A stretch of DNA of 64,000 bases from Dimorphilus gyrociliatus (lineage: Eukaryota; Animalia; Annelida): contig CAJFCJ010000005.1 in assembly GCA_904063045.1 (NCBI GenBank), positions 1,441,988 to 1,505,987 on the forward strand, written 5' to 3'. This document shows positions 37,879 through 49,703 of this stretch, piece after piece. Position 1 is the first letter of the stretch. Every line of letters begins with the position of its first letter. Position numbers and translations under genes: made by a program. Below the pieces are notes generated by a model. The model searched no databases, was not told the DNA's origin, and saw nothing but the letters and a program-made list of their open reading frames with translations.

Positions 37879-38967
37879 ATCTTTAACGGCATAAACTGCG
37901 TAGTGGATGTAGTTTGTCAAGCCTTTTTATCTATTTAGCGCTGGTTAGCACTGAATAAAGGTCTAGGTCCATGTTCTGCACACATAGATATTTTGCCTTG
38001 AAAGCTGCCTAATTCCAGGCCGAAAGTAACAAAAAATGTGCTTTATTGTATCTTTTATATTGTGTGCAGAATTATATGTTTAATTTTATTAGAAACTCAA
38101 TTTTTAGATCATTCGTAATCCTATGTATGCATAAAATTACATCATTATTAATTTCTTTTATTAAAATTTCCTGTTATATTCTTAGAGAAAGGGAGGGTTT
38201 AGGCAAATTCTTTATCTGAATGTAAGATCTATTCTTCTACCCTTAAATATTAGTAAACTAGGAAACAATTGGATTTGTTTTTATGAACTGTATAGTATTA
38301 CTATATATACGTTTTACCAATATCATAATAACAATGTACAAACTGCTCTCGTTCTGCTGTTAGTGCTTTGTAAACAGCTTAATAAAGGATATATAGACGT
38401 AAATATTTCACGGCGCATATTTTAAAGATATTTAAGGATATTGGAGTGAAGTTTTCGAAGTTTGGATCATCTTTATATGCTTTCTAGAAACAAATACAGT
38501 ATATGCAACTGTCTTAAGTTAGACAAAATATTTTAATTTGAATAAACTGCTTTTTCGATGGATATGAATATGTTAATTTTTACTAATAAAAATGACATGA
38601 CAATATGCAATTGCATTTTCTAAGTTCATTGCTGTAATTAAATTATTTAATATCATTTTAATTTTACAAGAAAATAAATAATAAAGAACAAGAATATGTC
38701 TTAGTAATAGAAAGAAAACCACTAAAAAATATACCTTTTATTAGTAATGTAATAAAAAAAAATTTTCAACCGCTAGATATAAAACCTTTGGCACACGAAG
38801 CGATTACTCATTGAATTTTTTCGTGACCGTATTACTATCCGGGGTAAAATACTCCGCTTAGTCACTTAATACAACTACAGTATATTTCTCCGGTTTAAGG
38901 TATTTTAAAAGCTTGACTTGAATATTTTAAGATTAATTTTAACTCAGTCGGCACTCACTGTTTTGAA

Positions 38968-40772
38968 ATGAAACGGTTTTTGTTTTCATTTTATCTGTTA
39001 ATATTATTATGTAACGGAGAAATGCTACAGTCTGAAGAGGAAGTTAAGGTAAAACTAGAAGAAGTGAAATTGTAAACTGTTTATTTACGTATGTTTTTCA
39101 AAATAGGAATTTCTTAAATACTACAATTATTTGAAAGAAAAAAATACGAATTCTCCCGATGTTCACGATATTATTCTTTCGGAGCACGATTCCTATCAAG
39201 AGGCTCTAAAATTATTTCAAAGACGCTTCAATTTGAGAGAAACAGGGAATTTAAATCCTGAAACGCTTGAAGCTATCAATTCACCCCGATGTGGATTTCC
39301 TGATTACAAGGATACACCCCTTAGTAGTAAAAAGCCAAATTCTTTTACTCTTAATGACGAGAAATGGAACCAACCAAAACTATCCTATAAAGTTGTAAAA
39401 TACTCTAACAAAATAGATAAAACTCTAATCGATTACAACTTGGATAAAGCGTTTCAAATGTGGGGTGAGAGGATTTCCCTGGTTTTTGAACATTGTAAGG
39501 ATTGTGATAAAATTGACATAGAAATAAAATTTGTTAATAGATCCCATGGTGAGTACAAGTTCTGTGTAAACTTGCAATTTAAGTAATAGTATAAAAAGAA
39601 CTAAACTGCTATATTGATTATAGTTAAATATTTTTTATCTATAGTATACAAACCTATTTTAGGCTTGACTCTATAAACAGTTTACTTAGTTAACCAAGTA
39701 TTTACCTCTAATAGGGGATCAAAATCCTTTCGATGGTCCAGGCAAAGTGTTGGCTCATGCTTTTTCTCCAGAAAATGGTGATGTTCATTTTGATGACGAA
39801 GAAGAGTGGACTTTTACAGGAATAGAGGGAGTAAACTTTTTTCAAGCAGCTCTTCACGAAATTGGACATTCGTTGGGTCTGCTTCATTCTGAAAATAATG
39901 CTGCTGTCATGGCCCCCAAGTACAGTGGATACATAAAGGATTACACCCTGCATGATGACGATATAAAAGGTATTCAAGCACTATACCCAAGAGATAGCAA
40001 GCCAGGAGATTTAGACCCTAACATATGTGACGAAAATTTTTTGATAAGCGCCACAACATCAACTCACGACGGCCACAGGTTCTTTTTTAGTGGCAAATGG
40101 GTTGTAATAATCTTTAATAATGCTTCAATTAAAATCGAAAAAATCAAATACATTTTCAAAGGATTTGAAGGAGATCGTGTGGATGCTGCTGTGTATTTTA
40201 ATGAGAAACAGTATCCATATAATCAGAGGACAAGATTAATGGTTCTGTTTTCCAAGAATAAAGTACATAAGTTTGAACGTGACTTAGGATTTGATTTCTA
40301 TGAGGCATCGAACTATCCTAAGAAAACGTCACAAGATTTTTCAATAGTTACTAATAGGGCCGGAGTAGAAGAATTTGATGCAGTAATGGCTATCAACAAA
40401 ACTCTTTTATTTTTTCGTGATAGCTATTTTTGGGAAGTTTCTGATGAGCAAGTGTCTGGAAGAAAACATATAAAAGATGTTTGGAAAGGTGTTCCATATC
40501 CTATTAGTTCTGCTTTGAATTATGAATATAAAGGAAATTATTATTTTTATTTTTTTAAGAAGCACAGTTATGTTCGGTTCAACACAAAAACTGGCTCAGT
40601 GCATAAGGATAATGCAAATCCTTATCCAAGAAATAGTCAAAAGCTGTGGTTCTCTTGTGAAAAAGTTGTAACTCTAGAAGAGAAAGCGAACACTGCTAGT
40701 TGTATTTTTACATATTCTGTTGGCCATTTTTATTCATTGTTGGCAGTTTTTTATTTATTTTATTCATTGTAA
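38968..40772 (+). CDS. Matrix metalloproteinase (M10A) with hemopexin domain and hydrophobic, GPI-like C-terminus, 3 exons
   Basis: Signal peptide; cysteine switch PRCGFPD; HGDQNPFDGPGKVLAHAF; zinc motif HEIGHSLGLLHS; Met-turn VMAP; hemopexin repeats; tail FYSLLAVFYLFYSL*. Confidence 0.95.
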
Positions 40773-40970
40773 GTTATAGAATAACTTGTTGAACACAAAA
40801 AAATTATATTGTCCATTTTGATATACAGTATTATGCCAAGATAGTACTTTTATTTATATATTTATGGTAAATAATATCTTAGTATGAGTAGGAGGGAATT
40901 GAAGCAAGAACAGTCATTGTGATACAGATAAATTTTTAAATAGCATCTTCGTAACATCAACTAGAAATCT

Positions 40971-43900
40971 TTAACAATCATTTTCTTCTTTTAACTCAGG
41001 AAACAATTCCGTTATAACGTCATCCAGTAGGAGGTATGACAGCTAAGAATTAAAAATAAATAAATAAAATTATTTATAATAAACTTTTTCTTACCTGTTT
41101 ATTTAGTTTAGGCTGTTGAAAGAGTTCAAACAGTATTTTTGTATCTTTCTTTATTTTATCTTTTCCTATGCCAATAGAAAATATTTCTAAAGTAAAAAAG
41201 AAAGGAAAATTTAAAAAAAAGTAACATCTCAGTGAAGTCTTACAATAACTTTTTATCGTTTAAAGAGTATTGTAAACTTCTATTATAGGTATTATACCAA
41301 TTTTAGTAGTTAAAGGAATATTTGCTTACTTGGAATGGAATCTTGCAATTCACATAGTGTTTTTTTACATCTTTCTTTTTTTTCTTCTTCTGACCTATTA
41401 ATGAATGTATTTCAATATATTCAATATAAAAAGCACATTATTCCTACCTTGGAAAATTATTCTCATTGAAAAGAGTATCTTCTAGCATTTTTATTAATTT
41501 ACTAAGTTGATTTTCATGAAATACATAGTCAAGTTTTTCACCGAGTTTATAATCCATCAAATTGTCGAAAGTGTTTTTAAGAAACATCCTAGCTACAACG
41601 AAGAATTGTAAAATCGCCTGAGATACTCCGAAAAGATATTTTGCTGTAATGGCAAGACTTATTAAATAAGAAATTTGAATATAATAAAATATATACCTAA
41701 GTAAAATATAGCATCAAAAACACTGTTGATAGATGGTGCTAAACACTTGTCATGTTTCTGCTTCATATGCGGCTGCAAACTTGAAAAGCTAGTTTCAAAG
41801 CTCGTTAAACTGGCACTCTCTGCATTGTTTTCATATATTGAGTTAACCATCTGTTAAAATACAAGATAAATAAAAATCACTTAAATAATGATTATATACT
41901 TTTTCGCTTGATATGGAAACGGCGTCAGAATCAGAGTCGTTATTCCTACTGTAACGAATTTATTTAAGAAAAAACTGATAATAATATTTTAATCATACCT
42001 CGGTTTAGGCTTTCCAGCTTCTGTACTACTTACAAATGAGTGTAAAAATGATTCCAGATGTTGACCTTTTTCTTTCACTAACTTCATTGCCTTGGTTCTA
42101 ACTAATTTACCAACATCATTAATATCAGGAAGAATACTAGATGTAAATTTTGAATTTGACTTTAGAAAAGTGTGTAATAATTCTGATCCCTTGAGAACGG
42201 GTAAAGTGAGTAAGTTTTGTAAATATTCTTCAAATTCTTTCTTTTTAGAAGCCAAGAAATCCTTTCGACTTGTCCCGAATGTTTTTTTAGGCGGCAAGTT
42301 CAAATTAGGTGGAATGTTATCGCCTGAAAATTTTATATATTGATTTTAACCTCTATTAATCGAACTTTTACCATGAAATTCTTGTAATCTAGACTCTAAG
42401 ACATAAAATTCATGATATCGTCTTTCAACTTTCCACATTGGGGGGTCGCACATTTCCTCTGTAAATAAATTTAACTTATAAATCATCTTGTAAGATAAAA
42501 TAAAAGAAACAAACTGTCTGTACAAGGAAAATCCAATCTGTCAATTCTTCTTAACTCTAGGACAAATGTCCAGAACGGCTTTTTTTCCTGATCATACTTT
42601 TCTAATATGTCGACTATGCAAACTCTCCAGTTGCTTAAATCATGCAAAGGAGAGGTAGCTTCCATTACTTGATCACTAAATTCTGTTCCATCTAATCTGT
42701 CTTCGATTCCCTATATTTAAAAGAATAAATAATTCACAATTAGTAAAAAATATAACAAACCATTATTGGATCCGCTTCTTCACCTCCATAGTCAATTAAG
42801 TCATCAAGAGGCTTTCCATCCATAACTGTAATTTAATTATTAAACGGAATGAAAATTAATGCAAACAATGGATATCTACCATTTGTGGTTCTGAAAACTC
42901 CTTTTAGTCGATTACTTATCTTTGACAGACCTGCATTTTCCGCTTTGGCTTTTGAATTATTTCTGAAAAAAATGATAGCAATGAATATTTGAGAAATTTA
43001 TAGTTCGGGGAAGGAAACGATAAAATAATCATAAAATATAGTTTTTTGATAAGCACAATAATAGGTTATGCTTCAGGTTCAAAACAGATAATGGTAAAAA
43101 GCACAAAATTAAAACTGTTTGAGTTCAACACACTCTTGCAATAATGGAAGATCGGTTAATTAACCACAACTTGTCTAAGAAATCTTTTTAAGATTACCTA
43201 AATCTACGACCAATCTCATTCTCTGTCAATGATTCGCTAAAAAAGAGTAAATTTTAACATGCGAATATAATCCATAAAACAATGAATTTGTCATTGTAAG
43301 TCTTTTCAGTAAAACGTGCAAAGAGAGTCATTCGTTATATCTAATTGAAAATTACGAAAATGTAAAACCTTGAAGAACTCAGGCTATCTGGTTTTTTCAA
43401 TCTCTCGCCACAAAGTAATTGAAAATATTCGTCACTATGATGAAATTTCGGAAGAAATTCTTTTTCCAGAATGGTAATTGTATATTCATAAGCTCTGGTG
43501 AAAATATAAAAGTCAGAACCATATTTTAAGTGTACAAACATTTCTCTATTGTACCTAAAATAAGCCGTAGTTGTTTGCAATTTAATAACATCTTCTGGAG
43601 GACCATTTGCAACTGTTTAAATAACTAGTTAAAACCTGAAAGTTTTGAAGTATCTAATACATTACTTTCTCGAAATTCCTCAATAATTTCCTCATCAAAT
43701 GGTATTGATCCTAAAACGTCTCTCTGCATGAAACTTTCAAAAAGTTGCCTCACGTCATCATGGATACATTGTAGATCCTCTACCTTTAGATCAGGTCTGA
43801 TTAGATTTTCATTCAAATTATCTGCAAAATTGTACATGACAAGATATATGACCCTAACAATTTCCAAAATATACTAACCAGCCAGGGTGTAGAATTGTAG

Positions 43901-46743
43901 AAAGTTAACGGCCGCTTCTTTTTTCATAAATTGCATAAACAAATAAAAAATTTCTTGATCTTCTCTTATCTCTTTTAATTGTAAACTTAATGACTGAAAA
44001 TTAAAAAGGGATTATTTTCCGTTAAAGGATAAAATTACGTATATTACTGATTTTTTAGTATTTCTGGGTTTTGAGAAGTTTTGTAGAATTGGAGTCATTT
44101 CTGGACGAATGTTACCATTATCAGTATTCTATAATAAATTGATGAGCCATTTTTAATAAGCAATGTTAAAATAAAAGACATTCTTTACTATATGGTACTT
44201 ACTGTATCAGAGCTAAGGAATGTCAGTAGCAAAAAATTAAGAAAGTCCTGAAAGAAAAAAATCATGAATGTTAAAAGGAGAAATAATTTTTACATACAGG
44301 ATTTGCTAAGACGTCCATAAGTGGAAGCAAAATAAGACCAGCCAGGATTTCCCTCGCAAGTGTATATATAGGCCTGAAGAAACAGAAATTGATAAAAAGC
44401 TAACTTTTTTGGAAACTTAACCTGCAGTGTAAACTTTTATTGGGTAAAACCAGAGGGAAAATACCATCTAGAATTTTACGAAGATATTCACTCTCCGCCT
44501 TTCTGGTATACATGGCCTTATGTAGGCAGCATGGTCTGTATTTTTTCAAGACAAACTGCTGAATATCCTCATCAACATCAGAATTATAGAGTTTTCGGGC
44601 ATTTAAGTAAAAGTGAAGGTGCTGCAGGGTTGTTTTGAGCAGTTTTTGTAAAATTAGAGAAGGAATGTCGATCTATTTCAATTGACGTCTTTATAAGCAT
44701 TTTAACATGTAAAACAAATAACTTTGATTACTTTTTGACTTCTCCTGAGCACGGCTGCAGTGATGTGGCGCATAATAACTCTCAACTCATCAACAAATGC
44801 CTCATTTTTACTCAAGTCACTATATTACAAGATATTTAAATTAGTTTTTTTATTTTATTTAAATTTTATACATACTTGTACCAAAGATTATATACATATT
44901 TTTCAAGAATTTTGTTGAATAGCTAAAATCGAAATTTTTCGTTTGCTTTTACTATATCAGTTTAAAGCTAAGAGTAACTTACACTTTCAAGTGCTTTATC
45001 TATTCGTTTGGGAATTTTCAACCGAGTCCATGGCTGATAAGTGACTAGAGTTGGCTCTACAGACATATGCCTCCTGCATTTTTCCTTATCACAAAAAGGA
45101 CATACTGCCGGTAGGTGAGATTCTGTGGAGTCCTAAGTCAAGAACAACAATCATAAATAAAGCTGTGCCATCAACAGCAAACAAACCTTTTTCTGGCGTA
45201 CTTTATTAAACAAAAAATTAGGGAGTAACGTTGTAGGGCTAAAAAAAAGTATAACAAGCAATTTAAACTGTTTTTTTATGTCATCTTTTTATTCAATTAA
45301 CCTTAACGAACAAAAGCATAGGGCAGCTCCAGCAAGGAATGATACTACAATGTAGAATAATCTTTGAGCACTGAAATAAAAAATAGCGTAATAAATTAGA
45401 TAAAAATTAAATTCAAAATGATCATGCTTTTTATGTTGTTTCATTTTGTAACTTTCCCAATCAGTGAAGAGAGTAGTCGAAAGCCTATCATTTTGGTACC
45501 AGGTATAGGTGGTTGTCAATTGGAAGCAAAATTAACTGACGATTTTGAAGGTGACAAAGATTGCCATCATGAAAGAGAATGGTTTCGTGTATGGGCAGAT
45601 GTAGCACAATTTTCAAGTATGTCAAAGGAATCAATTTGTCTTCAAAAGTATCTTAAGCTAATCTATAACGAAACCACAAAGATATCTGAGAGTCCAAAGG
45701 GAATTAAAACTAGAATTCCGGGATGGGGTGAAACAACCACTTTGGAATATGTTGATCCTTCTTGGACTGCATGGATTTGGGGCAATTTAGGAACTTATTT
45801 GTCACCTTTAGTTAGTAGTTTACTTGCTCTAGGATATAAAAGAGGCCGAGACCTTAGAGGAGCTCCATACGATTGGAGGAAAGGTCCTCACAGTCAGATT
45901 GACTTTTTTATAAAATTAAAAATCCTTATAGAAGAAACGACGAATCTTAATAAACAAAAAGTTGTCCTTTTTAGTCATAGTTTGGGAGGAATATTCACTT
46001 TGTATTTTCTTCAAATAATGCCAAGAGTTTGGAAAGATAAACATATCGATAATTTCGTGGCAGTTAACTCTCCGTGGGGTGGAACTATCCTAAGTTTACT
46101 CTGTTATGCTTCTGGCTATAATTGGGGAATACCATATGTTGACCCTCTGTCTTTGAGAGTACTTCAAAGATCATACGAATCTAGTTCTTATGTTTTTCCG
46201 AACATGAATTCATATAGTAAAAATGAAAGCTTAGTTTTAACACCTTCAAAAATTTATACAATTGAAAATATCGAAGAATTTTTTGATGATATTGAATTTA
46301 ATAGAGGAAACGAGTTTTCATATAATGTGATGCCTATAATTAAAATGTTGATGCATCCGGAAGTCACAGTTAATTGCATATATAGTAGTGGTATCAAGTC
46401 TCCTGCAAAACTCTCTTATGAACAAGGCTTTCCAGATGAACAGCCAAAATTTATCTATGAAGATGGGGATGGGACACTTATCACAAGAAGCATGAAAGCA
46501 TGTGAAATATGGAACGGCGAAAAAAGTCATCCGGATTACAATTTCTATTTACACCATGTTCCAGGTGTAAATCATCATGATATTTTATCGAATAAAAATT
46601 TTTTGAAAATTCTAAACATTGTAATTGAATGAATAAATAATGATAAATATTTACCTATAAATTATAACGGATATCAACACAAGAGCAATGAATGATTTAT
46701 TAAAATCTAAGTTCTCTTGGAACCAAACTGCAGCATCCGCCAT
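40971..46743 (-). CDS. SNX14: Sorting nexin 14 (TM-PXA-RGS-PX-PXC)
   Basis: Exon 1 46655-46743 (MADAAVWFQENLDFNKSFIALVLISVIIY) splices in phase 2 to exon 2 45302-45370. Then CPFCDKEKCRRH...YQPWTRLKIPKRIDKALE; LWY-DLSKNEAFVDELR; RGS segment FMQFMKKEAAVNFLQF; PX segment PPKKTFG...EFEEYLQNLL; ends QLSYLLLDDVITELFPELKEENDC*. Confidence 0.93.
45418..46632 (+). CDS. Intronless LCAT / lysosomal phospholipase A2 (PLA2G15)-like lipase nested antisense in SNX14 intron 1
   Basis: 404-aa single ORF. Signal peptide; KPIILVPGIGGCQLEAKL; WFRVW; LRGAPYDWR; nucleophile SHSLGG; Asp in EDGDGTL; His in GVNHHDIL. AATAAA at 46632-46637. Confidence 0.93.
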   Translation: MIMLFMLFHFVTFPISEESSRKPIILVPGIGGCQLEAKLTDDFEGDKDCHHEREWFRVWADVAQFSSMSKESICLQKYLKLIYNETTKISESPKGIKTRIPGWGETTTLEYVDPSWTAWIWGNLGTYLSPLVSSLLALGYKRGRDLRGAPYDWRKGPHSQIDFFIKLKILIEETTNLNKQKVVLFSHSLGGIFTLYFLQIMPRVWKDKHIDNFVAVNSPWGGTILSLLCYASGYNWGIPYVDPLSLRVLQRSYESSSYVFPNMNSYSKNESLVLTPSKIYTIENIEEFFDDIEFNRGNEFSYNVMPIIKMLMHPEVTVNCIYSSGIKSPAKLSYEQGFPDEQPKFIYEDGDGTLITRSMKACEIWNGEKSHPDYNFYLHHVPGVNHHDILSNKNFLKILNIVIE

Positions 46744-46888
46744 TTTTGTTTTTTTACTATGTCGTTTTTTCGTAAAAGTTTAAAAATTTTTAGATTTTGC
46801 TCTATTTTATTACAGACTTTTAGATTATTCACAAAAATTTAAAGAAACAATGAAATTAAAAATTGTAGACGGCGCTTATGTCAAAATA

Positions 46889-46897
46889 TCACGTGAC
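46889..46897. promoter_or_regulatory. E-box resembling the CLEAR element (TCACGTGAC) between the SNX14 start and a probable TNFAIP8 5'-UTR exon
   Basis: 146 bp upstream of the SNX14 ATG; a strong GTAAGT donor at 46952 suggests a divergent UTR exon. Function is inferred only. Confidence 0.4.
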
Positions 46898-47932
46898 TAG
46901 GTGGAAGCTACCTAAACTTTCAAAGAATCTCGACTAAAAGTTCATTCTGGTGTAAGTACGGTATGTAGACAGCTTTTATTGAAATAATATATAAGTTAAC
47001 ATAAATAACATATATATGATGGTTAAGTTTGTTGAAGAATGGTTTTAGTAAATAAGAAATTGCTTGATTGTGTTTAATTAATCGTTTGCTATTTATTCTC
47101 TACTTATCTAATCTCTACTGTATTTTTTGGTACTGTTTAAACAGCTTTGTACATTCTCAGTCGTAAATGTATGACATATCGTAATTTTGCTCGTATTTAC
47201 CAGTTTATTGTATTATTTAATTATCCATACAAGTCTCCTGTGGCCTAGTTATATTAATAAAAATAAAGTTCATACCTTATTTACCCTCTACTTTACCGAT
47301 CTTTGTAATATTGATTAGAATTAAGTTTATGTCTGGCAGTCACTTTTAGTATCTTGAGATAAGTAAAGACTAATTGGTGATAAATAGTTTATTATTAAAG
47401 CCTAAATTAATCTTGCAAAAATGTCCGAGTGTTTTCGTTTTTCAAGTATACACAGGTCTTTTGTATGAAATATCAGGCCGTTGTCAACCGCTGAGCGATC
47501 ATTCAGTCACATTCAATAACATACGTCGTACTAGATCATCATTCGGATAGTAATCAAATTTTTTATGCAGTAGCTTATCAGCTATTAAAAGTATTTTATT
47601 TCGTTTAATCACTAACAAAATTATCAGCTGATAATTAATGACCGCTAATCGAATACCTTTCTTCCTTTTCCTGGAGAAAAAACCTAAGGATTTTATTATC
47701 CGATTGGCGTCTATTTATAAAAATGATAAAATGAAAAAAAATTTTCACTTGTTTATATTTTTTTAACAGAAATCACTAGTGTCAAACATATTTCAATAAA
47801 AAATTTTATTTTTCCTGTGTTAAGTTGTAGATATAGTTTTAATCTGGACATAATCTTCTTGTAACTTAGTTATAAGCCACACTACTATAGATTAGTAAAG
47901 AAAAGTAATTAATAATTTCTTCAGCTATTGAA

Positions 47933-48508
47933 ATGGCGGACGAAAATGCGAATGAAAGTTCTACGTCGAAGGCTCTAGGCTTGAGGATACAAAAGAAGCT
48001 CTTGGGAAAAATGAGTTCAAAGAAGATAGCTAAAACATTCATTGATGACACTTCAGGAAGAGTTTTAGATCGTTTATATTCTATTGCTCTTGAGAGATCA
48101 GGGAAAAAAGCAGCGGATAAAGTGTTAAAGAACTGTATTAAGATTGCTGTCAAATTAGCAATTCTTCACCGAAATGATATTCTCAGCAAAGGAGATCTGC
48201 AAAATTTAAATGAGGTGAGAAGTAAAATGAGAAATTTATGCAAAACGATAATATCCTTCCATGATGTCGACTTTACATACGATTACAAGTTTATGAATCA
48301 CACATTAAATGCTATTTGTGTCAAAATAACAGATGTTTTAAAGAGACATTTAACTGATAAATCTATTCAAAGGGTTCATCATGTTTTCACGTTCTTTATG
48401 GATGAAGAATTCATGAATGAAGTATTCAATTCTAGCTCGAAATACAGATCCCACTTGGATAAGTTGGTGATCGAACTAGATTTACTCTTAGAAACAAATA
48501 GTCTCTAA
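47933..48508 (+). CDS. TNFAIP8: TNFAIP8/TIPE family protein, single coding exon
   Basis: SKALGLRIQKKLLGKMSSKKIAKTFIDDTSGRVLDRLY...KVLKNCIKIAVKLAILHRN...IISFHDVDFTYD...RHLTDKSIQRVHHVFTFF. Confidence 0.93.
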   Translation: MADENANESSTSKALGLRIQKKLLGKMSSKKIAKTFIDDTSGRVLDRLYSIALERSGKKAADKVLKNCIKIAVKLAILHRNDILSKGDLQNLNEVRSKMRNLCKTIISFHDVDFTYDYKFMNHTLNAICVKITDVLKRHLTDKSIQRVHHVFTFFMDEEFMNEVFNSSSKYRSHLDKLVIELDLLLETNSL

Positions 48509-49703
48509 AAAATACCTTGAACAATAAAAAAGAAGGAATGAACACGTTACGAGATTTTCCAATTTGATATTGTGTTTATTTTTTCAAATTACACAAGAAG
48601 TTTGTTTGCTATGGCTTTTAATGTATTGCTTCAAGTTTTTAAGAACTTTTTTTGTTTTTATAAATTTTCTAAGTGTTGTACATTCCCAAACTATCTCAAC
48701 AAGCAGAATTTTAACTCTTTAATTATGTTCGTAAGATAAATTTGTTACTGATTTTATTGCTTTTATTTGCATGAATTCTCATTTATACATGTAAAACACT
48801 TAAGAGAGAGATGGAGTCGAGTTTATTTTAAAATATCTAATGATGACGCTATAAATTATGCTTGTAATTTGTCTTTTTATTGAATACAATATCTAAAAAT
48901 TTATATTTAATAAAAGATCCGGCTCGATGAAGAGAACACATTTTAATTTATATTACAGATATTGACTTGAAATCATATCTTCATCAGATATTTTAAGGCC
49001 TATTAACAATAACTTTAATGATTTTAAGTACTAATAAGTGGAATATTATCATATCTAAACAGGAAATCTATTAATTTAGAGATAGTTAATTTAGTAGCTT
49101 GGACAATTTACAAAGTCCTTTACTATATCAATCAATATATCCTCCATTACTTGGAAGTAACAGGAGATGTACTTTAAAACTATACATATGCTGCCTTTGT
49201 AGGACGCCGCCAAAGGTCAAACTAGTACACCTACGAACAGAAATCTCCCAACTGTAGATAAATCGTTTTACACGAATAATAAATTAATATTAAAAGGATT
49301 TTCAAGTGGACTAACGATTGATTATTCTTGAAAAATTTGCGATAAATTAACTGAAAGAGTGTTTATGACTTTTAAAATTCTTTTAGGAAGGCTTGAATCA
49401 CCATTTTTTAAATAATATATAAATATATATATATTCATAGATGGGAGGAGTAAAAGTCAGCCAGATCGCGCCACTTGTCATTAACTGTTCGGCGTCTTTT
49501 TATTATGCAAATAAAACAATAAATTTCAATGAATAATAATCTGAGAAGTCCTGTGACTGTTAATAATGTTTATCGAAATTTAATACGGTGGAAACGGACA
49601 TTGGGAGTAGCTGTCAGATTTTTTGAAAATATTATTAGAAATAGGAGTATGGATCCAGGTTTTGGTACTTTCCTTGTCTAATACGAAAATAGCGGCGAAA
49701 AAC

